Source: Mobula hypostoma (lineage: Eukaryota). From it: a stretch of 64,000 nucleotides of DNA. Shown one piece after another: positions 12,085 to 25,270 of the stretch (the stretch's first letter is position 1; each line of letters opens with the position of its first letter). The DNA lies in the NCBI RefSeq assembly GCF_963921235.1, contig NC_086097.1, positions 213,344,001 through 213,408,000 on the forward strand, read 5' to 3'. Under the pieces are notes generated by a model that was not told the origin of the DNA, searched no databases, and saw nothing but the letters and a program-made list of their open reading frames with translations. A program made the position numbers and the translations under genes.

Positions 12085-13640
12085 TGGTGTACCATGGTAG
12101 CATAGCAGTTACACAGCACTATTATAGTTCAGAATGTTGGAGTTCAATTCCAGCACTGCTTGTACATTCTCCCTGAAACTTCGTTGGTTTCCTCTGCTAG
12201 GAAAATGCTTGAGGCTATCATTAAAGAAGAAATAGTGAGGCATTTAGAAGGAAATGGATTTATCAGGCAGATGCAGCATGGATTCAGCAAAGGGCCCTGC
12301 TTGACAAACTTACTGGAGCTCTTTGAGTATATAATGAGGGCAGTGGATAGAGAGGAACAGATGGACGTTATTTACTTGGATTTCCAGAAGGTATTTGATA
12401 AGGTGCCGCATAAAATCCTTCTCCATAAAATAAGGATGCGTAGAGTTGGGGTGATGTATGAGCATGCATAGAGAATTGGTTAACTAATACGAAGGAATGA
12501 GTTGGGATACATGGGTGTTACTCTGGTTGGCAATCAGTGGTGAGTGGTGTGCCACAAGGGGTTTGGTGCTGGGCCCGCAATTGTTCATAATATACATTAA
12601 TGATCTGGAAGAGGGGACCGAGTTCAGTGTGTTTAAGTTTGCTGATGATACTAAATTATAAGTGGAAAAGCAAATTGTGCAGAAAATACGGAGAGTCTGT
12701 AGAGAGATATAGATGGGTTAAGTGAGTGAGCAAGGGTACTGGTAAATGCGAGGTCATCCACTTTGGAAAGAAAAATGAAAAAGCAGATTATTATTTAAAT
12801 GGTAAAAACTTCCAGCATGCTGATGTGCAGAGGGACTTCGGAGTGCTTGTGCATGAATCTGAAAAGGTTGGTTTGCAGATGCAGCAGGCTATCAAGAAGA
12901 CAAATGTGATGTTGCCCTTCATTGCTAGAGGGATTGAATTTAAGAGCAGGGAGGTTATGATACAACTGTACAGAGTACTGGTGAGGTTACACCTGGAGTA
13001 CTCCATGCAGTTCTGGTCTCCTTATTTGAAGGATATACTGGTTTGGGAGGCGGTGCAGAGGAGGTTCACCAGGTTGATTCCAGAAATGATATTCAGAAGC
13101 ATGAGAGGAGATCTTATAGAAACATAAAATTATGAAGGGGATAGATAAGATAGAGGCAGGATAGTTGTTTCCACTGGTAGATGAGACTAGAACATAGGAC
13201 ATAGCCTCAAGATTCGGGAGAGTAAATTTAGGATGGAGCTGAGGTACTACTTTTCCCGAAGAGTAGTGAATCTGTGAAATTCTCTGCCCAATGAAGCAGT
13301 GGAGGCTACCTCAATAAGTATATTTAAGACACAGTTGGTTAGATTTTTGCATAGTAGGGGAATTGAGGGTTATGGGGAAAAGGCAGGTAGGTGGAAATGA
13401 GTCCATGGCCAGATCAGCCATGATCTATTGAATGGCGAAGCAGGTTCGATGGGCCTGATGGCATCCTGCTCCTATTTCTTAGGTTCTTTTGTTCTCTGGG
13501 TGCTCCTGCTTCCTCCCACAGTCCAAAGAAGTACCAGTTAGTAGATTAATTATTCATTATAAATTGTCCAGTGAATAGGCTAGTGTTAAATAGGTGGGCT
13601 GTGGGGTGGCGTGGCTCATTAGGCTGGAATGGCCTATTGT
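12085..13640 (+). mobile_element. V-SINE-like element split by a CR1 insertion (SINE halves about 12085-12196 and 13494-13640)
   Basis: tRNA-like head (gagttcaattcc). The V-domain ggtttcctctg|ggtgctcc..ttcctcccacagtccaaaga rejoins when the CR1 is removed. Confidence 0.75.
12197..13493 (+). mobile_element. CR1 LINE 5'-truncated copy
   Basis: ORFs contain YLDFQKVFDKVPH and RLHLEYSMQFWSPY, plus tttgctgatgatact (FADDT). ctctg occurs at both junctions. Confidence 0.93.
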
Positions 13641-14379
13641 CACTTGTTAATTTTCTGATTCATTACAGAAATGAGTTAAAACTTAAGTTCTTCACAAAAA
13701 TGACAGATAGTAGGAGCTCCTTTGGGGATGTTAGAATTGAGAAAAATGTCTTGGCCAACGTTTCTAAGCAATTAATTTTGTTGCTGGTAAGTGAACTCCT
13801 GAGTTAGATAATTTTGATTGTAGCACTATATAATGAGGCTACTGGTGGGCTTGAAGTTTGGTTGGTAGTGTTATGTATTGACTGTTTTCTTTGCTTAGGG
13901 AAGAAAACAATAAACAGTCTATTTTAACTCAATATTAAGAATGTTGGGCAGATATAGGCTAGATGTAATTGTAGTCTCTCCATTGCCAAACAGCCTGCTG
14001 ACATTTCTGTTGATGACAACTTAGAAACCAGAGTATCTGGCTCTTCCTGCTATACAAAGGGGTCACATAATAGGTTATCTAGTACTTGCATCCATTTTCC
14101 CTGCACAATCCCTAAACTTTGATTCCTGCTGTCTTTAGCATCTAATAATATGCTTAAGTGATGTGCTTCTCTGCTGCAGAAATGTTAAATGATGTACTAT
14201 CTTTATCTTGTTCCTAAACATTTGATTTCGTCAGCCACACTGCACCAGAATATGTGAACCCTGGCTCGGTCTTGACAGCAGGAATGGTGGTGAGGTGAGC
14301 CTGAGTATGTTGCTATGTGATGGTGTAAGGGTTGAGATGTTCAAAGTGGCCCCAGCAGCTTCTGATTTTGATAGGTTCA

Positions 14380-14800
14380 CTTCTATTCTTGACTTTCAGT
14401 AGAAGGGTCTTCGTGTGACCTCTAACACAATTAATATGGCAGTGGTGTTGATCTTCAGAAATAATGGGTAACATCTTAATCTACTATAACTTCTCTCCAG
14501 AAACCAGCTTGCAACATCAGTATTTGCACTCAGAGCCTGAACTTCAAACCATCATTAGTTTGTTTATTGAAATGTGAAAAATTGGGCATTACATTTAGAA
14601 TTCAAGACCACCAGATTACATACTACCAACCTGGTCCAAGTATAAGACTTCATCTGACCCTAGAAAATGTGGATTACTTTCATATTGCAGGAGCCACCTA
14701 TTAATGAAATTCCCCACTGACTTACTGAAATTCTTGTCCTACGGCTGCTTCAAGTGTATGAGCTTTCATGATCGTATTGAGATCCTTGTTTATGCACACA
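14380..14800 (+). mobile_element. Degenerate RTE-clade RT remnant
   Basis: Fragments HSEPELQTIISLF and LENVDYF resemble RT subdomains 5-7 of RTE elements. Confidence 0.45.
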
Positions 14801-15308
14801 GGAGCCCTGTATTAAGGACAAAGTAATGCAGCACCTCCCAAACTACTGACCCATTTGCCTGCCTCTCTTCCCATCTGTGGAAGAATATCTATTTCTACAT
14901 TGAGAGTTACAAGGTGACAAATAGTCACTAAAGTCAGTCATTGTTGATACATGGTGATTACTAAAGAAAAACTGCAACAATATTTTCTTACTGCAAACTC
15001 AGGAATTCATTTAACTTACTGATCCAGAACTCTATTTGTAAATGGTCTGCCAACCTTGCATACATTTTCATAGTTAAAATTTCTGTTCCTTAAATTTCCA
15101 ACAATATGGATAACATTCATACTTTGGAAATTTGTATGAATGTTGTCTGATTGCTGAGCCCTTTCAGTGTTTTCACTTTTAGTTTTAAATGTTCACTACC
15201 AGCAGGATTTTTAAAAAATTCTTCATCCACTTTTTCTTTCATAAAAATGATTTTTATTATTATTATCACTTAGAGAAATTCAGTAATCTACTACTATCAG
15301 TGGATGAC

Positions 15309-15720
15309 CATAGAACATAGAACATTACAGCACACTACAGGACCTTTGGCCAATGATGTTGTGCTGACCTAATCTACTGTTAAGATTAATCTAACCCTCC
15401 CTTCCTACATAGCCCTCCAGTTTTCTATCATTCATGTGTCTGAGTATCTTAAATGCCCCTAATGCATCTACTTCTACCACCATTCCTGGCAGGGTGTTCC
15501 ACACATCCACCACTCTGTGTAAAGAACTTGACTTTTGCATCTCCCTCCCCCCATACTTTTGACTAATCACCTTAAAATTATCCCCCCTCTTATTAGCCAT
15601 TCCCTGGAGGAAGTCTTTGGCTATCCACTTTATCTATGCCTCATCTCATCTTGTACACCTCTCATCCTTGGCTCCAAAAACAAATGCCCTAGCTTGCTCA
15701 ATCTATCTTCATAAGACCTC
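15309..15720 (-). mobile_element. CR1 LINE 3' fragment
   Basis: (catagaa)n tail; ORF 15391-15600 HRVVDVWNTLPGMVVE. Confidence 0.85.
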
Positions 15721-15729
15721 TTCCTGTAA

Positions 15730-15900
15730 TGCTTTCCTGTTTCTCCACCCACCTAGAACAAGGATAGTGTTTCACATGTACTACTTTCATCCCACTAGCT
15801 TAGGCATTCAACATCATTTGTAATTTCTTCCACCTTCACAGATAGAAACACACAATTCTAAAATTTCTTTGTTCCTTTGGTATTTTAAAGGACATTCTAC
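15730..15900 (+). mobile_element. Penelope-like element ORF fragment
   Basis: aacaaggatagtgtt...tttcatcccactagcttaggcattcaacat translates with frameshifts to NKD..V...FHPTSLGIQH, resembling the PLE RT-EN linker. Confidence 0.5.
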
Positions 15901-15929
15901 AGTATCACTGTTCAGTCTGTAATTGACCT

Positions 15930-18900
15930 TCTTTATAGAACTCAGCACAAAAACATGCCCTTCAGCCCAAAATGTCAGACCAAGTATATTAGTAATCAAA
16001 TGCCCAACTAAACTAATCCCTTCTGTCTAATATTCATATCCTTACATTTCCCAAGCATCCATTTGCAAACCTAAACCTTTTGAATTCCTCTATCATGTTT
16101 GGCTCCAGCCCACCAGCATGTTAGGCACCTGCCACACTACCTTGGTTTTAAAAAAATCTTGCCCTGCATATTTGCTTTGAATTTAACCCCATACCCTCTG
16201 CTATTTCAACCCTGCAAGGAAGGTACCAGGTGTTCATCTGTCTCTGATTATCTTATAAACTGCTATCACATCCCTTCTCAGCTGCTTCTGAGAAAACAAA
16301 AGCTTGTCTAACCTCTCGATATCATGCGTCCTCTAATCCAGGTACATCCTCTCCAAAGCTTCCACATCTTCCTATAATGGTATGACCAGAACTGAATGCA
16401 ATACTCTAGATAAAACCCAATTAACATTTTGTAAAGCTGCAACATAACTTCCCGACTCTCAAACTAAGTTCCTTGACCAATAAAAGCAAGTATGTTATAG
16501 GCATTCTTTACTACCCTATCAATCTGTATAGTCACTTTCAACAATGGACTTGTATCCTAAGATCCCTTTGTACATCAACACTGTTACCATTAACAGTGTA
16601 CTGCCCCTTTATATTTGATCTTCCAAAGTGCAACACTTCACAGTTAGACAGCTTAAACTCTTTATCTTCCCATGTTTGCAACTGACCTGCATGCTACTGT
16701 ATGCTTTGCCAGTCTTCTCTATCCACAAAACCACCAATATTTGTATTGGTTGAAAACTTACTAACCCATCCATCTACATTTCCATCCAGCAATTTCTCAG
16801 TACAGATGTACGACACAGATCTCCTGCTAGGCTAAGTCCCATCAATCACTACCCTGTTTTCTATGGGCAAACTAATTCTGAATCCAAACGGCCAATTCAC
16901 CATAGATCCCACGCTTCTTAAATTTATCGATGAGCTTTCCAGAAGGTACCTTGTCAAACACCTAACTAGAATCCATGTAGACAACATCCACAGCTTTACC
17001 TTCAATTACTTTTATCACCACCTCAGAAATCTTGAGTAAAACACAATTTGCCCTGCATGAAGTTATGGTGACTGTCCCTAATTGGCTGTCGTTTTCCAAA
17101 TGCTTATAAATCCTATCCCTAATAATCCTCTCCAGTAACTCCACTACCATTGTCATGAGACTCACTGGTCTATAATTTCCAGGATTATATCTATTTCCCT
17201 TAAATAATGGAAACAAATTATCTACTTACCTTGCCGGTGGCTACAGAGGACACAAAAGATATTGGTCAAGGCCTCAAAAAAACAAAAAAAGAAACTTGCC
17301 TCTCTCAGTAACTTGGTATATCCCAACAAGCCCTGGGGCCTTATCCACCTCGATGTTCTTTGAGACCCAACACTACCACCTTATCTCAAAATGCCCTATC
17401 AAATTAGTGCACACCACATTTATCTTCCTAGCTTCCAAGTCCTTCTCCTTCGTACATCCTGTATATTACTCATTTAGATCCTCATCACATCCTCCACCTT
17501 CAAGCACGTTTCATTCTTCACCTTTTGAGTAGTCCTACCTCTCAAGATGCATCAAGAGCAAGAGGAAAACTAGAGTGCTCCCTAGTTACCCACTTGCTCT
17601 TTATGTATGGGATGTATGCCTTGGAATTCTCTTGAAAATTCCTTGGCAAGTAAGATTAATGTTTCCTCCTGGCTTTCCTAATTCCCTTGAGCCCTTTTCT
17701 GGCTTATTTTTAATAATCCTCAAGGGTTCTGTTCCATTTTATTTTCCTAAACCTTACATACTGTATGTTTCCCTTCTTGACTAAATTCATTACCTGTCTC
17801 AACTTCCAAGATTCCCTTACTTTGCCATTCTTGTCCTTCCTTCTGACTGGAACATGCCTGTCCTGTACTCTGTATAGTTGGTTTTTAAACACCCTCCACA
17901 TATCAGATACGGACGATTTAAAACAGATTCCCAATTAACTCTCCATTGTTCCTGTCTTAACATTTTTGTTATTTGCCCTGCTCCCATTTCATATTCTCCC
18001 ACGAGCTCCATACTTATCCTAATCTATAGCTATCTTGAAACTTAAGTAGTTGTGATCACTGTTCCATAACCCCCACTGAAAGGTCAGCCACCTGGCTAGG
18101 CTCATATCAGATCGAGATAGCCCCTCTGCTTGTTGGACTATACATATTCATTTAAGAAACCCTCCTGCATACAACTAACAAATTTTTCACCATCTAAACC
18201 CCGCACTAAGGAGATTCCAGGCTATATTAGGGAAGTTGAAGTATTTCACTACAACTCTGTTCTTACACTTTTCCCTAAATCATCTGCATATCTGTTACTC
18301 AGTGTATATTGGGTGACTGTAACATAATCACATCAATGATTATACTTTTCTTATTTTTGAGTTGTACCCATGTAGACTCCATAGAGGAGGATGAGCCCGT
18401 TATATCCTCTGAGTGAAGTTGTGATTTTGTCCCTTAATAACACAACTCCACCCTCCCCTCACTTTGCTTTTCTAAAACAGTGAAACCCTGGAACATTCCT
18501 GTCCCTCTCTCAACCAAGTATCTATTATGGCCACAAATTTGTAGATCTATGTACTGATCCATGCTCTAAGTTCATTACCCTTGCCTGCAATGCTCCTAGC
18601 ATTAAAATACAAACACCTCAACTCATCCATCCTATGTGCCTATTATATTGCTCCTGCCTGTTCTTGGCCATTACATCTACTTTACTCTAAAACCTTCCTC
18701 TTTCTGACTTGGTGCCCTATTTCCCATTCCCTTGCCAAACTAGTTTTAACCCTCCCAAATAGCACCAGCAAAGCTCTTATCCAGGATATTGGTTCCCCTC
18801 CAGTGAAGGTATCACACCTGCCCTAGAAGAGGTTCCATTGATCCAAGAACCAGAAACCCTGCTCCAATTCATCAGCCACTCATTCAGCTGTTCTATCCAT

Positions 18901-19270
18901 TCCTACCCTGATTAGAATGTGGCACCAGGAGTAATCCAAAAATTCTGAGTTATGCTTTTTGCTTCTTTCCTAACTCCCCCAGGACCTCTTCCCTTTACCA
19001 ATGTGCACTACAGGCTCTGGCTGCTTCCCCTCCCCCTTTGCGAATGCTTGACGCCATCACCTAGGAAGCAACATAGCTTCCTAGCAACTCTTTTGCAGCA
19101 TAGAATCCCTATCTGTCCGCCTAACTAGTCTCCCATCGCTATTCCTTTAACTATACTTCTAAGACTCAGAGCAGGGCATAGTGCCATTGACCTGGCTATT
19201 GCTGTATTGTCTGGATAGGCCAACCCCTACCCACAGCAGTAACCAAAAGGGTATACTTGCTGCTAAGGGG
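15930..19270 (-). mobile_element. Long degenerate CR1 LINE (3' end, RT, endonuclease region and upstream)
   Basis: ORF 16962-17216 PLFKGNRYNPGNYRPVSL...AVDVVYMD; ORF 17710-17934 MWRVFKNQLYRVQDRHVPVRRK; many frameshifts. Confidence 0.85.
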
Positions 19271-20049
19271 AATGGTAACCTTTATCATCAACCTTGAGTA
19301 ACGGCCCTCATTAACTACCCTTCCTTCACATTCTCAAGATTTTATTAGCTATTGTGCAAGATAAAATCAAATGACTTAACGAAGAACTGGCTATCTGTAA
19401 TAGCAGTTGCATACGTTGTGGACTTCATACAGAAAGTTTGGTTCATTATGTTTGATTTTAAACTTTTTGGAGGTGCTGTAATGTCGCCTTCAACCAACCA
19501 AGAAAGTAAAAATAGTTCTGCAGTGAGTGCAATTTTGTTATCAATAATTGTCCAATAATTCAAGCAACTTGGACAATAATAGGCTGTTACTGTACCTGAA
19601 TAACTGAAGCTCTGCAAAAGCTGATTCATTAGGTGTCACGGTTAGAGAAGGGTTATTTAAAATATTGAGTTGAGCACAATTTATACTATATCATAAACTA
19701 AATTGTGAGTCATTGACCTGAAATGCTAAATTTTTTTTTCCTTTTTTTCTATATATTAATACTGCTTGAACAAGATCTTGATTTTTTTTTGGTAGTATTT
19801 TTGTGGCTGGTCCTGTTGGGTTTCTGGTTAAGTTGCCTACTGGATAATGGATTTTGTGATAGTAATAGAATTGAACGTCAAGGAAAATGATTTGATAGCC
19901 TGTTATCTAAAATCATAATTATCAGGCAGCTCTTTGAAATATATGTTGTCATTCATCATGTCATCCTAAGCTGGAGTGCTAGCAAGACATGGTGCATGCT
20001 GACACAAACTGATTAATTAGCTGATGAGTTGCAAATGATACTGAATATA

Positions 20050-20320
20050 CAGTGTAGTCATACAGCACAAAAATATACCCTTCAGCCCACTAAGACTGCA
20101 CCAGCCACAAGTCTTTCTTATACTCATCTTGCATACATCCTCCTCTTCGCCCCATGTTCTTGACATCTCCCAAGATCCTATCACTTATAAGGGGCAATTT
20201 CCAATGGCCAATTAACCTATCAAAGTGCACACTTTCGGTAGGTGGGATTAAAGTGTCATACCTGGAGGGAATCTACGTGGTCACAGGAAAAATATACAAA
20301 CCCCACACAGGAAAGGTTAG
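20050..20320 (-). mobile_element. V-SINE-like element, interrupted by Rex1 (remainder at about 20986-21020)
   Basis: ggggcaatttccaatggccaattaaccta and gtggtcacaggaaaaatatacaaaccccacacag. Confidence 0.6.
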
Positions 20321-20985
20321 TGGACTTCAGGATGCGTAAGAGGAGCGAACACAAACCAAACTTTATAGAAGGACCAGAAGTAGAGAGCGTGAGCAATTTC
20401 AAGTTCCTGGGTATCAAGATCTGAGGATCTGACGTGATCCCAACATATCACTGCAGCTATACAGAAGGCAAGACGATGGCTATATTTCATTAGGAGTTTG
20501 AAGACATTTGGCTTGTCAACAATAACATTCAAACTTCTATAGATGTACTGTGGAGAGCATTCTGACAGGCTGCATCACTGCCAGGTATGGGGGCTACTAC
20601 ACAGGACCGAAAGAAGTTATACAGTTGCAAAATTGGTCAACTGCATCTTGGTACTAGCCTCCGTAGTACTCAAGACACTTTCACGCAGTGGTGCCTCATT
20701 AAGGCCTCCATCACCCAGGGCATGCCCTCCTTAATTGCTACCGTCAGGAAGGAGGTACAGAAGCCCGCAGGCTCACCCTTACCGATTCCGGAGCAGCTTC
20801 CTCCCCTCGACCATACAATTTCTAAGTGGACATTGGACCCATGAACACTACCTTTCAAAAAATATATATATTCTGCTTTTGCACCTTTTAAAATCTATTC
20901 AATATACATATATATTTAATTGATTTTTTTTTCTTTCATAGTATCATGTATCGCATTGAACTGCTGGTAATAAACCTGATTCTGA
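20320..20985 (+). mobile_element. Rex1/Babar LINE 3' fragment
   Basis: EVESVSNFKFLGIKI, FYRCTVESILTGCIT, LPSGRRYRS; tail taataaacctgattctga. Confidence 0.85.
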
Positions 20986-21999
20986 ACCTCGGTCTCCACA
21001 CTTGGAGGCAGTAACTCCGAAATCCTTGACGAAATACAGTAAATCTTTACTTTTACTCTTTACAGTGAAGGTAGTTGGGCTTTGGATATTGCAATGTTTT
21101 GAGCTTACTTAACTCCAACTGCTTTGATAGGCAGCCTGGTAAAACTGCTTCACTGCTGCTTACAAAGTGAGCAATTACTCTCATGTATGAATTCATTTCT
21201 TTTGTCCATGTTTAGATGAAAATTTAGAATATAATAATCCTGTTAGAAATTGATCAATGGATCATCAGCAATTAAGTACTACTTGATGGTATTTAACTTC
21301 GCTAACGTTTTATTAGTTATGAAGCATGGATTGAAATCTGAAGCCTCTGTTTTTGATCTTTCCGGGGGTTAAACCAGGCTCTAGCATAATGGATGGGGTG
21401 AATCTCATGAGTGGAGAATTCTCCATTTTGGTTGAAAGTTATAACAAAAACCTTAGTTTTTGTACTTTTGAGATGCACTCTTCCATTATTAAAGTGCCAA
21501 TAGCGTCCCCATTTCTACTTTTCACTTCCATTTGTCATTATCAAGACCTTGCTTAAACAAAAGTTAAAGTAGGTATATTACAGCTAAAAATTCAAGTCTA
21601 AGAAAGTTCTGTGCAAAATAATCTATAAATTCAGCTCTGATTTAACTTGGGAAGTCTAATGTGCCATATTTGATCATGCAACAATAGCATTCACAACTTC
21701 TCTACTGCTATGCAGATTTTCATAGGAAACGGTGGTAATTTGATTGATCGTGGAACTCGTAGGCAGAGGCCTTAAACTATTAATTTAGAAGTAAATTTGA
21801 ATCCTGTAGGACCTGAAGAATTAAAATAATTCTGAATCTGTAATGGTGATGAGCTTGTCTGCCATCCTACCTCAGTCCAGTAACTTGAATGTGCTTGAAT
21901 CTTAAATGTTCAGTGAAATAGGCAGTCATTCACGGATTAATCAGGTAGGACCTTTAGATCCTTTCGATGCCATCAACATCAATATTCCATTAATAATGG

Positions 22000-22325
22000 A
22001 ATAAGGGGCCTCAGGACTCTCATCGCCAGGTTCAAGTAGTCATTATTTCACCTTCAGGCTCTTGAACCTAGTGGGGCAACTCCCCTGTGCCTCATCACAA
22101 TCTATGGTTTCACTTTCAAAGGCTCATTTCATTTTATTGATAATTATTACTTATTTATTTATTGTTGTCATTTGGACATCAGTGGCTTGTCCATGCTGTT
22201 GGGTGCAGTCTTGTAGTGATTCTACTATGGTTCTTGGATTTACTGAATATGTCCGCAAGAAAATAAATCTCAAGGTTGTATATGGTGATACATATGTACT
22301 TTGAGAATAAATTTACTTTGAACAG
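22000..22325 (+). mobile_element. Rex1/Babar 3' end
   Basis: aggttcaagtagtcattatttca..caggctcttgaac and terminal aatctcaaggttgtatatggtgatacatatgtactttgagaataaatttactttgaac. Confidence 0.65.
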
Positions 22326-23329
22326 GATGTACCGTATATAACAAACTGACGAGTGGTATGTGTGACACAAATGTCGTCTAAATTTTAACAGATTCTGAAA
22401 GAGTCATCACACTCTGACTTTCAATATTATCACTGCTCACAATGCTCTCCAACATAAGCAGCTGAATGTCATTAACTATGCAATGCACAGGATCAATTCA
22501 AGAAACTTCAAAAAATCCACCCAAATTAAATTATAAATAAAATTTTAAATGAAATACTATAAACAATTTGTTTAGGAACTTTTTATTATATAAAAGTTAT
22601 AGAACATTAATTAACCTGTCATGGTGGGCTGAAGGGTCTGTACATGTTGGAGGAATTGAATAAAAATGTATTTCTTAAAGCCATATATCAATTAGTTAAG
22701 TGGTTTTAACCCCCAGGTTATTAATTATGAGATAACTGTTGAATTAAAAGCAGTAATGGCAAACCCTTCTTGCTCGAGGTGCCAGGTAATGCAAGTGATC
22801 TTCAAAGACTATTTTAATACTTGGAGCACTGCAGAGTGTTCCACCTGGAAGCAAACATCTCTACTTCTGACCTTAATGCTATAAGGAAAGCCACTGAGGA
22901 AGTCACTGAATATCATTGGGCCAAGGTCACTCTCCTCAGGAACTCAACAATATACCTGGGATTGTAATAATCAGCCTCTATCTACAGGCAAAAATTATTT
23001 TTCTTCACCAATTCCCAGTGAATTTGGTTTTACTTTAACCCCTTTTCCATAATGGTTAAAATAGATGAAATATGAATAAGTCTTGTGGTTATTTGGCCTC
23101 TATTTAATAAAAGCAGAGCTTCACATTAATCAATTTTACATCACTGTTGTCCCCTTGTTCCATTTCAATGTTTAATTCCACCTGTGCCCTAAAAAAAAAT
23201 TGTCTTCAGTACAAGCTTTAGTGGTTTGGGAAAGGCAATTCCTTTGAATGAAAAATCATTCTGAAAAACGATCTCGTCCTTTCCTGGCATATGACGAATA
23301 AACTTTTCTCTGGCTTCCAGAGGGATACA

Positions 23330-23900
23330 AATAACCATTATAACCAACACTTCGATGATAAATTCCACCATCTTCATCAAGATGCCTAGGCATATCCAGT
23401 CCTGTGGTATTTATACTCCCATAGTCTCTCCTGATGGGTTAGTTCTCATCCAATAGGTTTCTGCTCTCCCACCTTGTTTACACTCAAATTCCAGTTCTTA
23501 GTTAGGGTGATGCCTTTATCTTCTCCTCGTTTCATTTCAATGGCTTCCTTTACCAGGCAGTCCCAACAGCCATTGGTGCAGCACAGTAGTTTTGTGCCAT
23601 CAAAGTCCATCCTATGTCCATTGTGAATGCAATGTTCTGCTACTGCTGATTTCTCCACGTAACGCAAATGGATACATACACCTGTGCTCCTTGATGCAGG
23701 TGTCCACTGTACATCCCATCTGGCTGATATGCGCTGCTCCACATTCCCAAGGAATCATGTAAATGCCAGCTGACCTGAGTCAAAGGTCATCTTTCACCTG
23801 CATAAGCTGTAATGATCATCTTCATGGGTTTATGGATAGTATTAATCAGGTCGTTCTTCAGGATCCTGGTGATCCTTTCAGAAACCATGGAAATAGAGGC
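23330..23900 (-). mobile_element. Penelope-like element: GIY-YIG endonuclease remnant plus 3' region
   Basis: Minus strand AGIYMIPWECGAAHISQMG (decayed GIY...YIG), then KSAVAEHCIHNGHRMDFDGTKLL...KEAIEM. Confidence 0.85.
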
Positions 23901-25004
23901 AGAGTTTGTGATTGAAACCTCAGTTGTAATCTATACCTGCACCTGGCTGGAAGCTGGAGAAGAGTTCATTCATTAAAAATAATTCTCCTTAGCCCCAAAC
24001 GCAGCCATTTTGTCTGATTACGGTCACCTCGACAAAGGAAACAACTTACAAGCATCTACCTGGTCTAGACAGACTGAACTGTTTTTTTAAAAAAGTAAAA
24101 AACATCTCCCATGCTTTAATTGCTTTAGAACACAAACCTTTTCTACTAAATCTACAATATAACAAATCTCTCATTTCAAGACAACCTTGCAAACTTCTAC
24201 TAACCCTCAAGTGAGATGAAGACTGCAGATGATACATCAAATGTGATCCTATTGAAGTCCAAATGAAATCCCTTGTACTAAACACTATCAAACCATTCTC
24301 CTCCTATATGCTTGCTATATTTTAAAGATAATTTTCAGTAACAACTGCAAAGACATCTCTCTGAAGACTGATATACAACTTCACAGCTCATACACTCCAT
24401 CTTTCATTTTCTTGTCCAATGATTTGACCTGTCAAAATACCCTCTGAATCTTCCTAAAGCCAACTTTCCAACCAATTTTGCAATATTAGCAAAACAGGAT
24501 TGCCCTGTATTCAATACCCTCATTCAAATTATTGATATAGATTTAAAAAATAACAAGAATTCCTTTGACATTTCACTGGTTACACCTTATCATTCCAAAA
24601 ATGATTAACAACTTCCTCCTGTTTCCTGCCCATTAAACAAATCTCGATCTATGTTCCTACTCAATCCCATGAATATAGTTATGATGTAACAACGTACTAT
24701 AATACCTTATTGAATACCTTCTAAAATCCAAATATACTAAATCAACTGGTTCTCCAGTTACTCACCCAAGTATTTTAACAGATTTGGCACAATTTCCTGT
24801 GATCAACTTATTTCAGGTCTTAGTAACATGGACCAAACAACATGTTACTTGAAACACAAGCCTGTGTCAGCGTCAGCATTCAAGCAGCAGGCTGAAGAAA
24901 CTAGGTGTAATTTGTGACATGTTAACCTTGAATTAGATCATGCATTTAAGTTGTACTCCTGAGACTTCAGCAGACAGATAATCCAGGCTGAAGGGATGTT
25001 TCAT

Positions 25005-25270
25005 AATGAGATGTTAGATTTTTTTTTTCATTTAATAAACCAATGTACTCTCGCGTGGATCTTAAAATCACATTCTTGAAAAAAGGAATTTCTCTCAGTG
25101 TTTTAATCTATATTAATTGTCCAATAAAATCATTAAAAAGATTGGCTGTTATTTTACTCATTGCTATTTATGGGACATGGTCAACAAGAGTTGCTACATT
25201 TTCCTACATTGTAACAATGACCATTCTCACTAGACAAACCTGTAGTAGATGGAGTTCACTGCAATGTTAA
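25005..25270 (+). mobile_element. Degenerate Deu-domain SINE (SacSINE1/AmnSINE1-like)
   Basis: Colinear similarity to the better copy at 40955-41250 (gtggatcttaaaatcaca..ctcattgctatttatggga..tttcctacattgtaaca). Confidence 0.5.
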
